Below, piece after piece: positions 1 through 12,484 of a DNA stretch of 33,402 nucleotides. The position numbers and the translations under genes were made by a program. Every line of letters starts with the position of its first letter. Positions within the stretch are counted from its first letter, which is position 1. Origin of the DNA: Tubiluchus corallicola (Eukaryota; Animalia; Priapulida). The notes under the pieces were generated by a model, which saw only the letters and a program-made list of their open reading frames with translations, was not told where the DNA came from and ran no database searches. The stretch covers positions 1 through 33,402 of the forward strand of contig JAQGDQ010001591.1 in assembly GCA_030141605.1 (NCBI GenBank). Direction: 5' to 3'.

Positions 1-164
1 CAACCACACTTAGTAATTTGTTTTCTGCGCAACCACAACAACTGCACATATTTTTAATGCAAATGCACATATTTACTTATTTTCTATGCAACCTCACATA
101 TTTACTTGTACAAAAATATCCCCATGATTTACGCGGACATACGATAACAAGAAAAGCAGAGAGA

Positions 165-270
165 AATCCTCATCGTCATCATCATCAGCATCATCAACGT
201 AATTGTCATTGTCATCGTCATCGTCATCATCGTCATCCTCGTCATCATCACCAACAACAACAACAGAAAC
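165..270. repeat. Degenerate (CAT/CGT/CAA)n trinucleotide microsatellite
   Basis: Runs of catcat/cgtcat/caacaa; explains the His-rich and Asp-rich ORFs at 18..291. Confidence 0.8.
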
Positions 271-604
271 ACTAACTGGAGTGACAGTCAAATGTGGATC
301 AACAGTGACGAGGACAAAATAACAATGACACAGTTATTGTAAAAAAGATATACTTCACAACAGTGGCAAGCAACAAGAGTCAACACTTGTGCCAAAAATG
401 TTTTTCAAATAACCAAATGTTGCAAAACTGTTATGCATTTCTAGTTTGGAGACCTCATTACCTCATTATTGATATATTTTACCAAAATCAGATCATTTCA
501 AGGTTGGTCATTGCCCATGTAGATCTCACGCTGCTAAGATTGTTGAATAACTTTGTTGAACCACTTCAAAGAGAGAGATTATTATTGTCAGCTTATCAAT
601 CGTT

Positions 605-980
605 CTAAAATTCCAGACAGAATTATTAGGGATTAAAATGTTCCTTTGTCAGCAGGGTGTAACCTGCCGCTCTGGTAAACATTTCAAAAGATTTATAATT
701 AATCTTCTCTTTTGTGTGCACAGAGCACGTCTCAAGTTGTCTGTAACTCAGGGCTTTTGTGGAATTTGCCGTAAAGATTATGAATTTCAAAAGCGAGGAT
801 AATTATTTTCGGCGCTTTTCAAGTCATTAAATTCCAGACAAGATTAAAATTCTTCTTTGTGTGTAACTCAAATACTTCACAAGATTTTGAAAACCATTAC
901 GCTTCTCTTTTGCGTGCAGGGAGCGTGTCTCAAATAGTTTGCAGCTCAGGGATTTTGTGGAATTTGCCGAAAAGATTATA
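605..980. repeat. Two imperfect tandem copies of a ~200 bp unit
   Basis: cttctcttttg(t/c)gtgca...ctcaggg(c/a)ttttgtggaatttgccg(t/a)aaagattat occurs at ~704-781 and ~902-979; aaattccagaca at ~608 and ~829. Confidence 0.7.
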
Positions 981-1434
981 AAGTGAACTGCATCTCACCT
1001 CAAACACTTTACAAGACTTTACAAATCCATTAAGCTGTACACGGAGACCCTGAAGTGATCGGGCAATTTAGGGCTTAGCAAAATATGCCAGCAGTATTAT
1101 AAAACCTAATATATCACAGAAAATTGATGAAAAATCTTTCTTTATCTATAATGTGTGATCAACTTAAATTCCTCACAAGATTTATAAATAATTTTGTGTA
1201 ATGATCACGTGGTTTGCAAGTTGACATTTTGTGTTATCAGAAACTATTAACCAGAATTTTCTATAAATTCAATTCAATTCATTTTTTTATTTTGGTAATT
1301 AAGATCACATAAAGTACAAATATAGTACTAAAATGGAATAGAGTACATCAGATAATTGTTACCAGAGTAAAATATAAATACAGGGTTAAAAAATTAATGC
1401 TAATAGATGCTAATTATGTAATAATTCTGCATAC

Positions 1435-1548
1435 ATAGATTTACACACATGCCAGAAGCATTGCAATCACAGATAGGTTTACACACATGCCAGAAACACT
1501 GCAATCGTAAATAGATTTACACACATGCCAGAAGCACTGCAATCGTAT
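1435..1548. repeat. ~38 bp minisatellite, 3 copies
   Basis: atag(a/g)tttacacacatgccagaa(g/a)ca(t/c)tgcaatc repeated three times. Confidence 0.85.
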
Positions 1549-3679
1549 TTTATTGGACACGAAAAAGGGCACCTGAAGTAAGCTTCATATATCGCCTTAA
1601 AAATTATACAACTTTACAGCAATTTTATGCACATATCGTATTCGTGTTGAAAGGAATTTTCGATTGTTTTTATTTTAAATCTCCCGAAATACTGTTCAGA
1701 CAGCACAATTGTATGACGTCACTATGCATTTATATCGGGGGAAAAACAGACAATGTTAAATTATGTCCCAAAAAACTTTCCGTGCATATCTATATTACTT
1801 AGCATTTCACTTACCTGCTGGGAAAACTTAAGTAGCTAGACTAATAATTAAAAATGTTTGTGCCAATTGGAAAAAATGTCGCTGACTCATCCTCCATGGT
1901 GCGCCACTCACTAGCCAGAAACTTATTTTCAATATTATTGACAAGATACAGTAATTTAAAATTTTACAAAATTAGTAACATGCATGCTACGAATGCTCTC
2001 ATTGTTTTTTCAAACTTTACTTAATGTTATCAAAACTTGTTTAAAACGACCTACCATTAAAATGGCTGCGCCTAACGGTCATTGCGGGAGTTTAAATTTA
2101 CACGTTTTATACAGCGTTACACCTGATGCAAGCCCAGCATACGAAAAGGCAGCACGTAGTGGTGCAAAATTTCGAAACGAATTTTTTAAGCCTTATGTAA
2201 GTGGAGGGTTTTCTTGTACTTTAAGCGAAACAGTTTTCTGATACCATTTGTGTATGCAATAACTCATATTATTTATCACACTCATATAAAATATATAATA
2301 TAATATAAAATATAATAATACAATATTGCTGTAATATATACACCATTTTTTAAAAATCAACTTTTAATATGTCAGGTGATTTAAATTTTTGTACTTTTAA
2401 CATCAATAATTCATCAAAACGATTTTGTGAGGTTATTATGGCAGGTGACATTAATGTCATTATAAACAGCAATAGCAGTAATGCATTAGCACTGAAAGCA
2501 TTTCTAGAACAAAATGTTTGTGTGGTATAAACTTGAAGCCAATTGTACCATTCATTATACATACTAATATGAAACTCTAGATTACAAATCGTATATTTAT
2601 TATGTATTTTGCTCTAAGCAGTATATCTTTTTCGTGAACCCCTTAAGTATACTTACAAAAGGAGACAGCATTTTTCTTATCATACGTCAGTTACTTTCAG
2701 TATAAAATGTCAAAACCTGATTAAGGACATTGTAACGTTTTGAGGGCTATTGAGTTCCCAATTTTTATACTACATGTATTTTTACGAGTTCGTCGGCAAT
2801 TAAAAGCAAAACAAGATGAAACAATTTTTTAAAGCTATAATTATTACAAAAGAAAAGAGCACAACAAAAAGTCAACAATGAGAGATCAAAATTACTACTA
2901 ATGGCTTGCTGTGCAAACTCCCAAGGAAAGATGAAGATAGGAAAATGAATGCGCATAACTCATCTGAATGTTCATGACGATATTGTGCAAAATACAACGA
3001 TCTCCTCCCACAATGACAAGGCTGGCACCGGCAACATGACGATCCACCATATGCCATAACAATGCAGATGACGACAGCTAATCAACAGCATCCAGCAACC
3101 CACTTGTAATCCAACAGCAACGTACCAACAGCTGACTGGAATGGAATAACATCACACTTCTGTGGCTTGACCAGCTCTTCAAACCATGTAACAGCAACGG
3201 GACTGAGAAAGACAGGCTATACAACAGGAACACTGTCCTTTTGGCCAAAACAACACTTAACTCAGCTCTCCGTGGTAAAGAACTTACATCACAGATCGTG
3301 TACCAGTCTTTCCAGACAAATACGTTAACTACAGGTATGCTGGAACATGCCTACTGGTCAGACCAACAACGAACGTCTGTATCAGTGAAAAGTATCAACT
3401 CAGCTGTTCAGAACAGGTAAACGAACTGCATAGGTAAACGAAGCACTCCAGCAGGTAGGTGTAAACCACTTTAAGTGACAGGGGTGAGGAGATGATGAAA
3501 TGAAAAAGCACATACAGCTATGGAAGCCAAGCAAGCCATTTATTATCAAAGTTAGCAACATAAATAAATATTGTTGTCTGAGAGGTGTGAAATAAATATT
3601 ATTGTTGTTATAGCAACACACACCTCTCAGACACTTTAACAAATGAAAAGAAGCCAGCTAGGCTTCTATGGGGTAAAAT

Positions 3680-5167
3680 TTGATGTCAAATAAGCTAGTC
3701 AATGTGACAGTGCTTATTGAATTGTTAGGAAACTGTGTACAATATTGTGCAGATTGCGATCATTATAACAACGGTGAAGTATATCATAATTGTTTAGTTA
3801 ACTTAATGTTACAAGCAGGACATGAAGTTACACATGAAATGGTTGTGCTAACGGAAATAATGGCGCTAATGCAGCGAATATCGAATACCATGAGAAGGTT
3901 GACTGAAAATGTACATAAGACTACGAACATGCTGTCCACATTATTATCAGGTACTATGTCACCTCTACTTTTGGGATCTGCACAACTGCGTGACACGCCA
4001 TACGAAATTCAGAAGGCACTGCCGAGTACTTTGTCCTTACCGGAAAGGCCGGAAGCAGATATGTTGTATTATTATGAAACAATGGAAGTGACGTTGTTAG
4101 CTACAGCAGAGGAATATGCGGTGCTAGCTCTCATATCCATACAGCCTGTTCAAGACAGGTATGACTTATTTCAAATCATACCTATGCCTATGAAAATGCC
4201 AAATTCCTCAGGGTATGTGTATATAGATCCAGAGCGGAAATATTACAGCATAAATACAGAACGAACGAAGTTCTTCTTGCCAGAAGATCAAGATACTGAA
4301 CAGTGCATAGACAGAAATAGTGAACCATGTCAAATTAAGGTACTGGGCATGTCCACTGCCTACGCTACTGCATGCCCAGCCGTACTGTTTAGTATCAGGC
4401 CAGAGGAGACACCTAGAGGCAGTGGTGACCTATGTTACGGGATGTACGTGGTACGCATCTCCCTTTGAAGAGACTTTGCTTACCCATACCTGTCCGAACC
4501 CCGGTACCGATCAATTAACACCGACGGAAGAAAGGATTACCGTCCTAAATTGACTGAAATAGTTGTAAGGTACACTTCTGATCATTCGAGTTACCGACAT
4601 ATTACTATCATAACTCTCAAATTAGAATAGAGGCTGAAAAAATAGTGTTACCAATGCCGAAGATGATTGAACGGTTCTATAAAGAATTAAGTGACATGCA
4701 GAATGTAATCCTGGGGAAGGCTGATTTGATTCCCGAATATGAGAAGCCACCAGCCCAGAAACATGGGACCAGTTTGACATATCTATTGAAGATTTGAAAT
4801 CTTGCATACAAGAGAATGGGGAGAGATTAAAATGCCAGAAAATTAAGCTGGCTGAGACGGTCCCGACGGATTACACGATGGATTTACTACAGTTGTATAA
4901 AAAGTGGGTCTTAATAGGGGAGTAATTGTTGCACTACTGACAGTAAGAATCACTTGTTATTTGAAACGTCGAATGGGTCTGTTTGTTCTGACATCCATGT
5001 TACTTCGATGGAGAACTGGGTATTCTGCACCCATGACCGAAAGGGGATCACCCAGTAGGGGACGAAAATGCTCAGATGGGAGGGAGCATAGACCCCGGTC
5101 CAAGGAGCCATTAGCAGCCAAATGGACAATGGTCAATGATATCCCACTGCCGGACTCTCTAAGGTGA
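3680..5167 (+). pseudogene. Decayed env-like gene (baculovirus F protein / errantivirus env-like fusion protein) of an LTR retroelement
   Basis: ORF 3680..4468 has a helical heptad-like segment, then GTMSPLLLGSAQL..IQKALPSTLSLP..MLYYY..YDLFQIIPMP..YYSIN..C..C..C, the pattern of F-type env ectodomains. ORF 4904..5167 gives a hydrophobic TM-like stretch and basic tail (GVIVALLTVRITCYLKRR). Stops and frameshifts lie between the two, and the 5' part is missing. Confidence 0.7.
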
Positions 5168-5318
5168 AGAATGTCACGTATTATGTTATTCTAGCATGTG
5201 CATTATCTAAATAGTCTTGTATTGTAACGATAGAGATAGGATTACTAAAGTATGTCATGAATAGAAATGAGCTTTTAAAGGGAAACATTAAATCCGAACG
5301 AAATGTGAGATGAGCTTT

Positions 5319-5330
5319 AGGGGAGGAAAG
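5319..5330 (+). other. Polypurine tract (PPT) of LTR retroelement
   Basis: aggggaggaaag, 1 nt before a TG and ~150 bp downstream of the env remnant. Confidence 0.65.
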
Positions 5331-5331
5331 T

Positions 5332-6245
5332 TGCAGGTGTTACACTATTGTTCATAATTGAGAGGACTGTTGTCAGAACTCGAAATGCGGACGAAGAGAC
5401 AAACTCCGGGCTAATTAAGTAATCGTTAACGAGGGCATTGAATTTTGGAACAGTGACATTGGAGGACTCTGTCCCATAAGCAGTAAAAAGTATAGAGGGG
5501 CTTAAAGTCGAGATGCCCAGATGATCAGGGTGACGAAGAGCTCAGAAGTCAGAATGCTCTGATAATCAGCCACGGGGTGCATCTTTTCACGTGACCGACA
5601 GGGGTTCATAATGGGGGTAAGATGAGAAATTATGGCTTTTTGGTCGACGTCAGGAAGGTGACACGGGGTGGACTCTGAACCAGGAATTCTGAAGGTAGGA
5701 GCCGTGATTTCTTTTACTTAGTGTAGACTTCATCTGCGTGTTGGATTGAACCAACTTCTGAAGCTCAGAACAACTCGTATTAGGAACAGGACTTGGTCTA
5801 TTATAGGGACTTGTAAATTGACCAGTCCCAGAGTTAGTGATATTATATATTATTTATTTGGTAACAATAACCTGGTACTTAATTGTTGAAGGCTGCATAT
5901 TGTTAATTAAAGGAACAGTTGTCACTAAATTATTTGTGAATTTATTGAAGTTGAACCGATACACTGTAGTTGTGAAATTCTGTTGGTTGATTGCAAACTC
6001 AACTTGTGAATCTATTTAAATTGTTATTGCCAAAACCATCATTTTGTCAAACCTGTATAACTAATAAATTGTATATACAACTGTTAATAGTGCATTTACA
6101 CTGATTTGTGCCGATGGGAATTACGTCGAAGTTTTGCAAACTCGCAAATACACTATCTGTTGCACGGACCTATAATGGACCATATTCACACTGAAGCGGC
6201 TTATTGAGGAGACCAGCTAGAGAACTAGGGAGATGTAGATTTACA
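5332..6245 (+). mobile_element. Putative 3' LTR
   Basis: Begins TG(CAGGT) right after the PPT, has AATAAA at ~6063, and has a plausible end ...gatttaCA at 6245. The right boundary is uncertain and no 5' LTR is present in the window. Confidence 0.55.
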
Positions 6246-6574
6246 ACACAACGCGTATTTCGTAGTCTGAGGTCGCTCTGGTGTTCGTCATAGCCACTCC
6301 GACCCAGCCGAAGCTCCCGTAGTCGGGGAATTAATTAAACAATTAATTACCTAATTAGCGCTTGTACTACCATTATAAAGAGATTGGGTAAAATTTCATT
6401 TGGCATATAGTTTGTCGAGAATTGTGCCGTCGTCGGTTATATATTCATATTGCAACGGATCCGAGTTTCAGCGCGGATCCGTCTAAGTGTATACAAGTAA
6501 TAAAGCGTTGTATACAAGTAGTATAAAAGTAGTATACAAGCACTATAAAAGTAGTATAGTAATAATACTATAAA

Positions 6575-6780
6575 GCGGCATACAAGTAATGAAATCCTAC
6601 AGCATACGAGGAAAGTAAAAAGATCCGGAATACGAATGTAAAATAAATCTTAATGCATAACCATGACATTTGAACAGAATTTTGAATAACAAATAGCAAG
6701 CCTACAGCATTCACTTTGGAATCGCCAAATTACGCATGCATTCTGTTTTATGCAGGTACATTTGCATTACTGGGTTTCTC
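6575..6780. repeat. Dispersed direct repeat, copy 1 (partner ~8205-8409)
   Basis: Shared blocks aaagtaaaaagatccggaatacgaatgtaaaataaa and gcatgcattctgttttatgcaggtacatttgcattactgggtttc. Confidence 0.85.
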
Positions 6781-8204
6781 AACCATACCCATTACTAACA
6801 TTAAAATCTGCCTTCGTAACACTACCCCTCCTCAATTTCCATTTGTCCCATTTGTCCATTTGTTCAAAGTTGGGTAAATCAGTTTAAAAAATTAAAGCAA
6901 AGCTAAACCATTTTCTTTAGTTGTACATGTTCACTTATGAGTTCAGTAAACAATACCACATCAATGTAAAAACCACTAGTACAAGTACATGAAATCCCAT
7001 CATTAGCAAATCCATCCAGGTTTGTAACTGCTAGCTAGACCACTTCCAGCAGCATAAACCTGAAAACAACGAATTGGTCCTAAATCCATTTCTCTGTGGA
7101 AAAAAACAGTACAGTAAGTTTTTAAACAGCACAGAAATCAGTCTTTGCACATATAAATGTTGAAGCTTAATCCAATGCGTAGTTTGTCCACTAATCACGA
7201 AAACGGCAAAACAGGCCTAGAAACGAAAGAGCATTCCACTAACAACTTCCGAGGCACTGGGACAACCTCTATAATGCTTTACATTGAACAGTCTATAGAA
7301 TTTCTCCTGGGGCGTCGGCAGGGAGTGAAATAAAGTAGTTGCGACACTTGCGAAGGTACTCCATCATGAAACTGTAGGTACTCCAGCTATGTGCTACAAC
7401 AACTGTATTGTACTCCAAGCCACAAACACTTCATTTGATGGTACTGCATAGTAGACTCGTGTGACAATGAAGTTTTGAACTTGGCTTCCCTGAGTGGACG
7501 AAGTAGGCATTCTGACAAGCTTACTGCAACAGACTCGGCACATAAAGATGAATAAAGACGAAGTAAATTTACAAACAAGGTACTGCTGTACAGTAACAAC
7601 AGCAAAGTAGAGAAAAACTTGTTTAAACTTTTAAACTGCTTCAACGTTCTGGCCTTAACAAAAGCTACCGAAAACCGGTTCAACTCTGACCAGTGAAGTA
7701 CAGTTAAAAAGAACTGTTTTTGGCAGAAAGACTGGCACCAAGCGTTTTCTTGCATCTCTAGCCATTATGGAACATGAGACTACTAACTGAAAACAGTGTT
7801 CTGCCATCTCTAGCCATTACAGAACACGCGAAAACTACCGTGACTCGCCATAAATACAAAGTAACAAAATGGCTGTACGTCGCCTCTTCCTAAATACGGA
7901 CTATTATCGCCTCTCATTGGGAACTCGATAAAAACATAGAACTGTTTGCGCTAAGGCCGATGCTGCCTGTAACACGAAAGCCGTTCAATTCCTTTCAACA
8001 TGAAAAAGGTAAAAACACGAGACTGTATACAAAAACACAAAAAACACGCTGAGTAGTACAGATAAGCTGTCTGCCTAAAACAAAATGCAGCACTCACCAA
8101 ACCCAATAATGTCGATCCATTCCAGGCGGCAATTTCGGATCCCACTTATGTGCACCAGTGTAACAAAGCCGGGATCCAGTGCGGAACCGTCTCGGGATGT
8201 ATAG

Positions 8205-8409
8205 AGTGGCATACAAGTTATGAAATACTACAGCAGACGAGAAAAGTAAAAAGATCCGGAATACGAATGTAAAATAAACTTTAATGCATAACCAGTAGCT
8301 CCATGACATGTAAACTGACTTTTGTATGAGAATTAGCAAGCCTCTTCAGCATTCACCATTACGGCATGCATTCTGTTTTATGCAGGTACATTTGCATTAC
8401 TGGGTTTCC
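8205..8409. repeat. Dispersed direct repeat, copy 2
   Basis: Same blocks as 6575-6780, same orientation. Confidence 0.85.
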
Positions 8410-8720
8410 CGCAAAAGAATTTTGCACATAAACTCACAACAACAACCCATACCACACCACGCAACGATCTAAAACTTCACTCACAAAACACCACACCACA
8501 CCTACACACCACTCCCCTCACAACACATGTCCCAAACCATACAAGAACACTACACCATCTACACCACCACATCACCCACACCACACCACCTTGACAAAAC
8601 TACACACACACCCACCACACCACTCTACCATCACCACACAACGACCAACCCTACCATCCCACCACAGCACAACACCCACTGCATATCATTCACAGCACAC
8701 ACACCAGACCCACCACTTTT
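8400..8720 (-). mobile_element. 3' end of a non-autonomous Helitron-like element with a (GTGTG/CACCA)-rich tract
   Basis: Minus strand reads GT-rich tract, then gtgcaaaa-ttc-ttttgc hairpin, then gggaaac-CCAG-T; homologous to 22505-22562. Confidence 0.55.
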
Positions 8721-9755
8721 TATGGTGATCATAATGTTGATGACTATGGTGACTATGGTACCAGGAAAACAGCTAGGCAACATGACAGATAAACTTTTCT
8801 CAACAACCACCTATCCTTTTAGTTGCATGTTTCTATGGTGCGTAACTTTTATTTTTAACTACTCTTTACATCACCTATCAACTTATTCCATTATCTCACT
8901 AAGTGACCGAAGATCAGAAGCAGTTCCATTTGAGTATACTGCGAATACATGTTTCTTGTCTTAAGTGGACTTTAGGCGCACTGAAATATTTGCAAGACTT
9001 TATGTAGACGTTTTACGTCCTAAGTAGCGCCCTAATCGCGAGTAGCTTCTAGGAAAGTTGGCGGAATTCAAGTAGACGACTTAAGTTTGTATTTAGTCTC
9101 GCGTAACTTTGCGCACACTCAACGAATTAAGACGGGATTCATTGCGCAAAATTTGCTGGTAGCCCTGCAACCAAACCTCCGGAATTGTTTGTCGTAACTC
9201 GATAAATACTACTGTGTAACAATAAACATAAAACATATAACATGCAGGAGTCACTACAGGGGTTTTGGGAGAAACAGATAAAACGCTTTTATTTCTCATC
9301 GATGCCTTAATTTTTTTATACATGCCACTTGGCAACGAGTTATTACTAGATACTAAACATGTTAAATTTCTTAGTCTCTTTATAATTATATTAGTGGCGT
9401 GGCATGACATAGACACCTTTATCAATGCACAGCTATGATACAGGCATTTTTAGTTTTCGCTTGATCGATCATATTTGGTTTCAAGCTTACATTTTACAAT
9501 ATTTATTATACAAATTATACAAAAACTTATTTAGACAAGGACAGCAGAAGCTTCAGATGAGCGGGGTCATGATGCTGTATTACTAAATTGGTTCAATGAC
9601 AATTACGTTACACTACAAGCTACAGAAACCACAAATATCAAAGCAACTACAAATTAAAATACAGATATGATAAACAGACAACTATTTGATAACTTGACAA
9701 AAATTTTATTGTACAACATACACTTTGTAGATAAGCCTTATGTAATGTATCTAAT

Positions 9756-10482
9756 TTAGCATGGATACAGTTGTCAAAGAAGTGCTGACATTCAGGTATC
9801 TTGACATGTTTCATAGAAAGAAATTAGCTTGAAATTTCCGAATCCTTTAAAGGTCATTCACAAACTGATTGGGCTGAAGCTGAGGAGCCCAATTTGCAGA
9901 TTAAAAAATCACATTTTGTGCTCTTAAGTCGTGAATAGTAGGATCTCCTGATTTTTTTCCGGTTTGACGCTCTTTATGTATAAATTTTTCATTTTCATGA
10001 AATCAGGGTGTTTCATTTGTTTAACTACATAGCGTGCATGTCAATTTTTTGCAGTCTGCATTATGATCAAGTAATCTCTTTCACTAAAGACATCAGGCAG
10101 AATTTTTCATTCTATAACACTATGCATGCTGTCACATTCCACTTGGGTGTGGCCAGCAACCAAAAATTTTTGAGAAATGGTCACGTTATATTTTCTTGCT
10201 AGAGCAGAGTACGCATTGGCAACACAAGCATTCCTATTTTGGTCACCACATTCATCATTCCAAACCACAATTTATCACAGGATTACTGGATAACATGACC
10301 TGTCCAAAATGGGTGTGCTGCAGGTATGCCAATATCTCACTGCTCAAGTCGCCTTCTGTTTCATATGAGACATAGCAATATCCATCTTTTGACTGTAGAT
10401 TGAAAAGGGAGTACTTGTGTAATTGAAGTTTGGTTTTATAGAACACCATTGAAACCTTCGTGTTCTGGCCAGTTTCATTCAT
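9756..10482 (-). mobile_element. Decayed Sola1-like DDD transposase (C-terminal half)
   Basis: Hand translation across frameshifts and stops: FYKTKLQLHKYSLFNL..GYCYVSYETEGDLSSE / VVWNDECGDQNRN..ISQKFLVAGHTQVECDSMHSVIE*..RDYLIIMQTAK / YIKSVKP..KSGDPTIHDLRA / HFFDN. This matches the Sola1 motifs WSDxCxxQNRN and GHTxxExDSxH. Confidence 0.75.
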
Positions 10483-10873
10483 CTAATTCTAGAGGATTAA
10501 CATTTTATTGGTAGCACACTGAGTGTTTAACTTGTAGAGGAAATACATGATATAATTAGCCAGACTCTGTAGTTTCATTTCTCTCTAGTGATTCTCAGAG
10601 GTGTGCAAAAACTCATGCATTCAAATCCAGAGCCAGAGCTGTACTGAATATTGCACAATGCTATAGTAATGCCATAATAAAATAATGTCAGCAAGCGCCC
10701 ATCGTGTTTTACTCCTAAATGCAAATGGGCTTTCGGGCTTGCTGGAGTTTATAGGTAATTTTGCAGACGTGGGACGTTCTGTAATTGTAACACAGCAAGA
10801 TAAGATGACATACTAAAAAGTAAGAAGGCAACAAGACGCATGCATAATTTTCTACAGTGGTGCAGATCCACTT

Positions 10874-11959
10874 TTAATTATTGATTTTCTGGATAATTCT
10901 TAAAATTTCTTCTCTCCGCCCACGGCGCGTATTTTTCACTACATCAAAAACGTTCCAGTTTGCTGTAAGATGCATCAGTCTTTCATTTCCATAATATCTA
11001 CCCGCATTCCAAGCAATATAGTTTTCGCCGTTATGTGTATCTACATGCAAAAAGAAAAATCCATCATTTTTAACTAAACACCAAGCCTGCGCCATTGCTT
11101 CAAGATCACCACTTGGATTCAAAGCATCTCCATATCGTCCAAGTCCACTGTGTTCTATTGATGAATAACTAATCCCAAAATCGAACAATGGCTTCCCTTT
11201 TTCCAGATATTTTTGTGCCAGCTTTTGAGGTGAAATTGTGGTAATCCTGGGATGTGTTGACATTGGGTCGTTGTAGTCTACTGTTGTTACATGTGATGCA
11301 TTGAAGTTCAGCAAAAGAGCTTCAATCCAGGGGTGTATTGTTCCAATAACAAAACCAACTTTTCTTTCAATTACCTCTTTGTACAAGCTCAATGCTTTTA
11401 CAACAGTGCCGGTTGCAAAAAGACCATAAGGCGAAATATTTTTCCCTTCCAAAACTCTATTTTGCAATTTCGAAATAAATGAAGTGTTAAAGAGATTCTT
11501 TTTAGATTCAGGTAAGACCTCTGCAAAATACCAATTTCGTATTGGCATCTTACCATACATTGTAAATTCACCCAGCAGTTCTGGGGGTGGTTCTCGTGGA
11601 GGAGGCCACTCATCTGACGGGGTTTCTAAGAGCAGTCTTTTCATAGTCGCTTGGCAGTCATAATGTTTATGTAGCACTGGATAGTCTAGACCCACTGTTC
11701 GCCGGAAGTGTTCTGTGTTGATATCACAGGGGTCTCCACAAGGTGGAATATCATCTTTATTTGAATAGTTTAAAGAAAGTCTCTTGAAAGAATATTCCGT
11801 AACAGTTTCCTCTTCATTAACAGTAGTAATGTACATCATCTTGTATGTTCCCATAATAGTGCAAAACACAAAGATTGGGGCAAACAAAAGATTTCTTGTT
11901 CCTCTCCAGTAACACCTGCAACACAAAGCATAAAGATGACGTATGGATAAATAAAACAT
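10874..11959 (-). CDS. DUF268-family (SAM-dependent methyltransferase-like) type II membrane protein, intronless CDS, ~361 aa
   Basis: Intact ORF. First ATG at 11959 (MFYL..), N-terminal hydrophobic anchor (LLFAPIFVFCTIMG), and motifs VIGTIHPWIEALLL, VTTVDY and FDFGISYSSIEHSGLGRYGDALNPSGDLEAMAQAWCLVK typical of DUF268. Confidence 0.85.
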   Translation of the reverse strand: MFYLSIRHLYALCCRCYWRGTRNLLFAPIFVFCTIMGTYKMMYITTVNEEETVTEYSFKRLSLNYSNKDDIPPCGDPCDINTEHFRRTVGLDYPVLHKHYDCQATMKRLLLETPSDEWPPPREPPPELLGEFTMYGKMPIRNWYFAEVLPESKKNLFNTSFISKLQNRVLEGKNISPYGLFATGTVVKALSLYKEVIERKVGFVIGTIHPWIEALLLNFNASHVTTVDYNDPMSTHPRITTISPQKLAQKYLEKGKPLFDFGISYSSIEHSGLGRYGDALNPSGDLEAMAQAWCLVKNDGFFFLHVDTHNGENYIAWNAGRYYGNERLMHLTANWNVFDVVKNTRRGRREEILRIIQKINN

Positions 11960-11985
11960 ATGTTCACTGTTCAGTTTTCTCACAA

Positions 11986-12484
11986 TGCACTTTCTTGTGT
12001 ATGTGTAAGGAGGAAAGAGTTACACCTTTCTTGTGTATGTGTAAGGAGGAAAGAGTTACACCTTTCTTGTGTATGTGTAAGGAGGAAAGAGTTGCACTTT
12101 CTTGTGTATGTGTAAGGAGGAAAGAGTTGCACTTTCTTATGTATGTGTAAGGAGGAAAGAGTTGCACTTTCTTGTGTATGTGTAAGGAGGAAAGAGTTAC
12201 ACCTTTCTTGTGTATGTGTAAGGAGGAAAGAGTTGCACTTTCTTGTGTATGTGTAAGGAGGAAAGAGTTGCACCTTTCTTGTGTATGTGTAAGGAGGAAA
12301 GAGTTACACCTTTCTGGTGTATGTGTAAGGAGGAAAGAGTTACACCTTTCTTGTGTATGTGTAAGGAGGAAAGAGTTGCACCTTCTTGTGTATGCATAAG
12401 GAGGAAAGAGTTGCACTTTCTTGTGTATGTGTAAGGAGGACAGAGTTGCACCTTTCTTGTGTATGTGTAAGGAGGACAGAGTTG
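11986..12484. repeat. 35-36 bp minisatellite, ~14 copies
   Basis: Unit (g/a)cac(c)tttcttgtgtatgtgtaaggaggaaagagtt, head-to-tail with no spacers. Confidence 0.95.

Noticed and set aside
2950-3420. Possible RTE-like LINE 3' remnant (RYAG-like motif)
   Set aside because: Too degenerate to support by eye.
11986-12484. 35-36 bp repeats resembling a CRISPR array in unit size, and the overlapping ORFs
   Set aside because: Units are head-to-tail with no unique spacers, there are no cas genes, and the context is eukaryotic; the ORFs are repeat artefacts.
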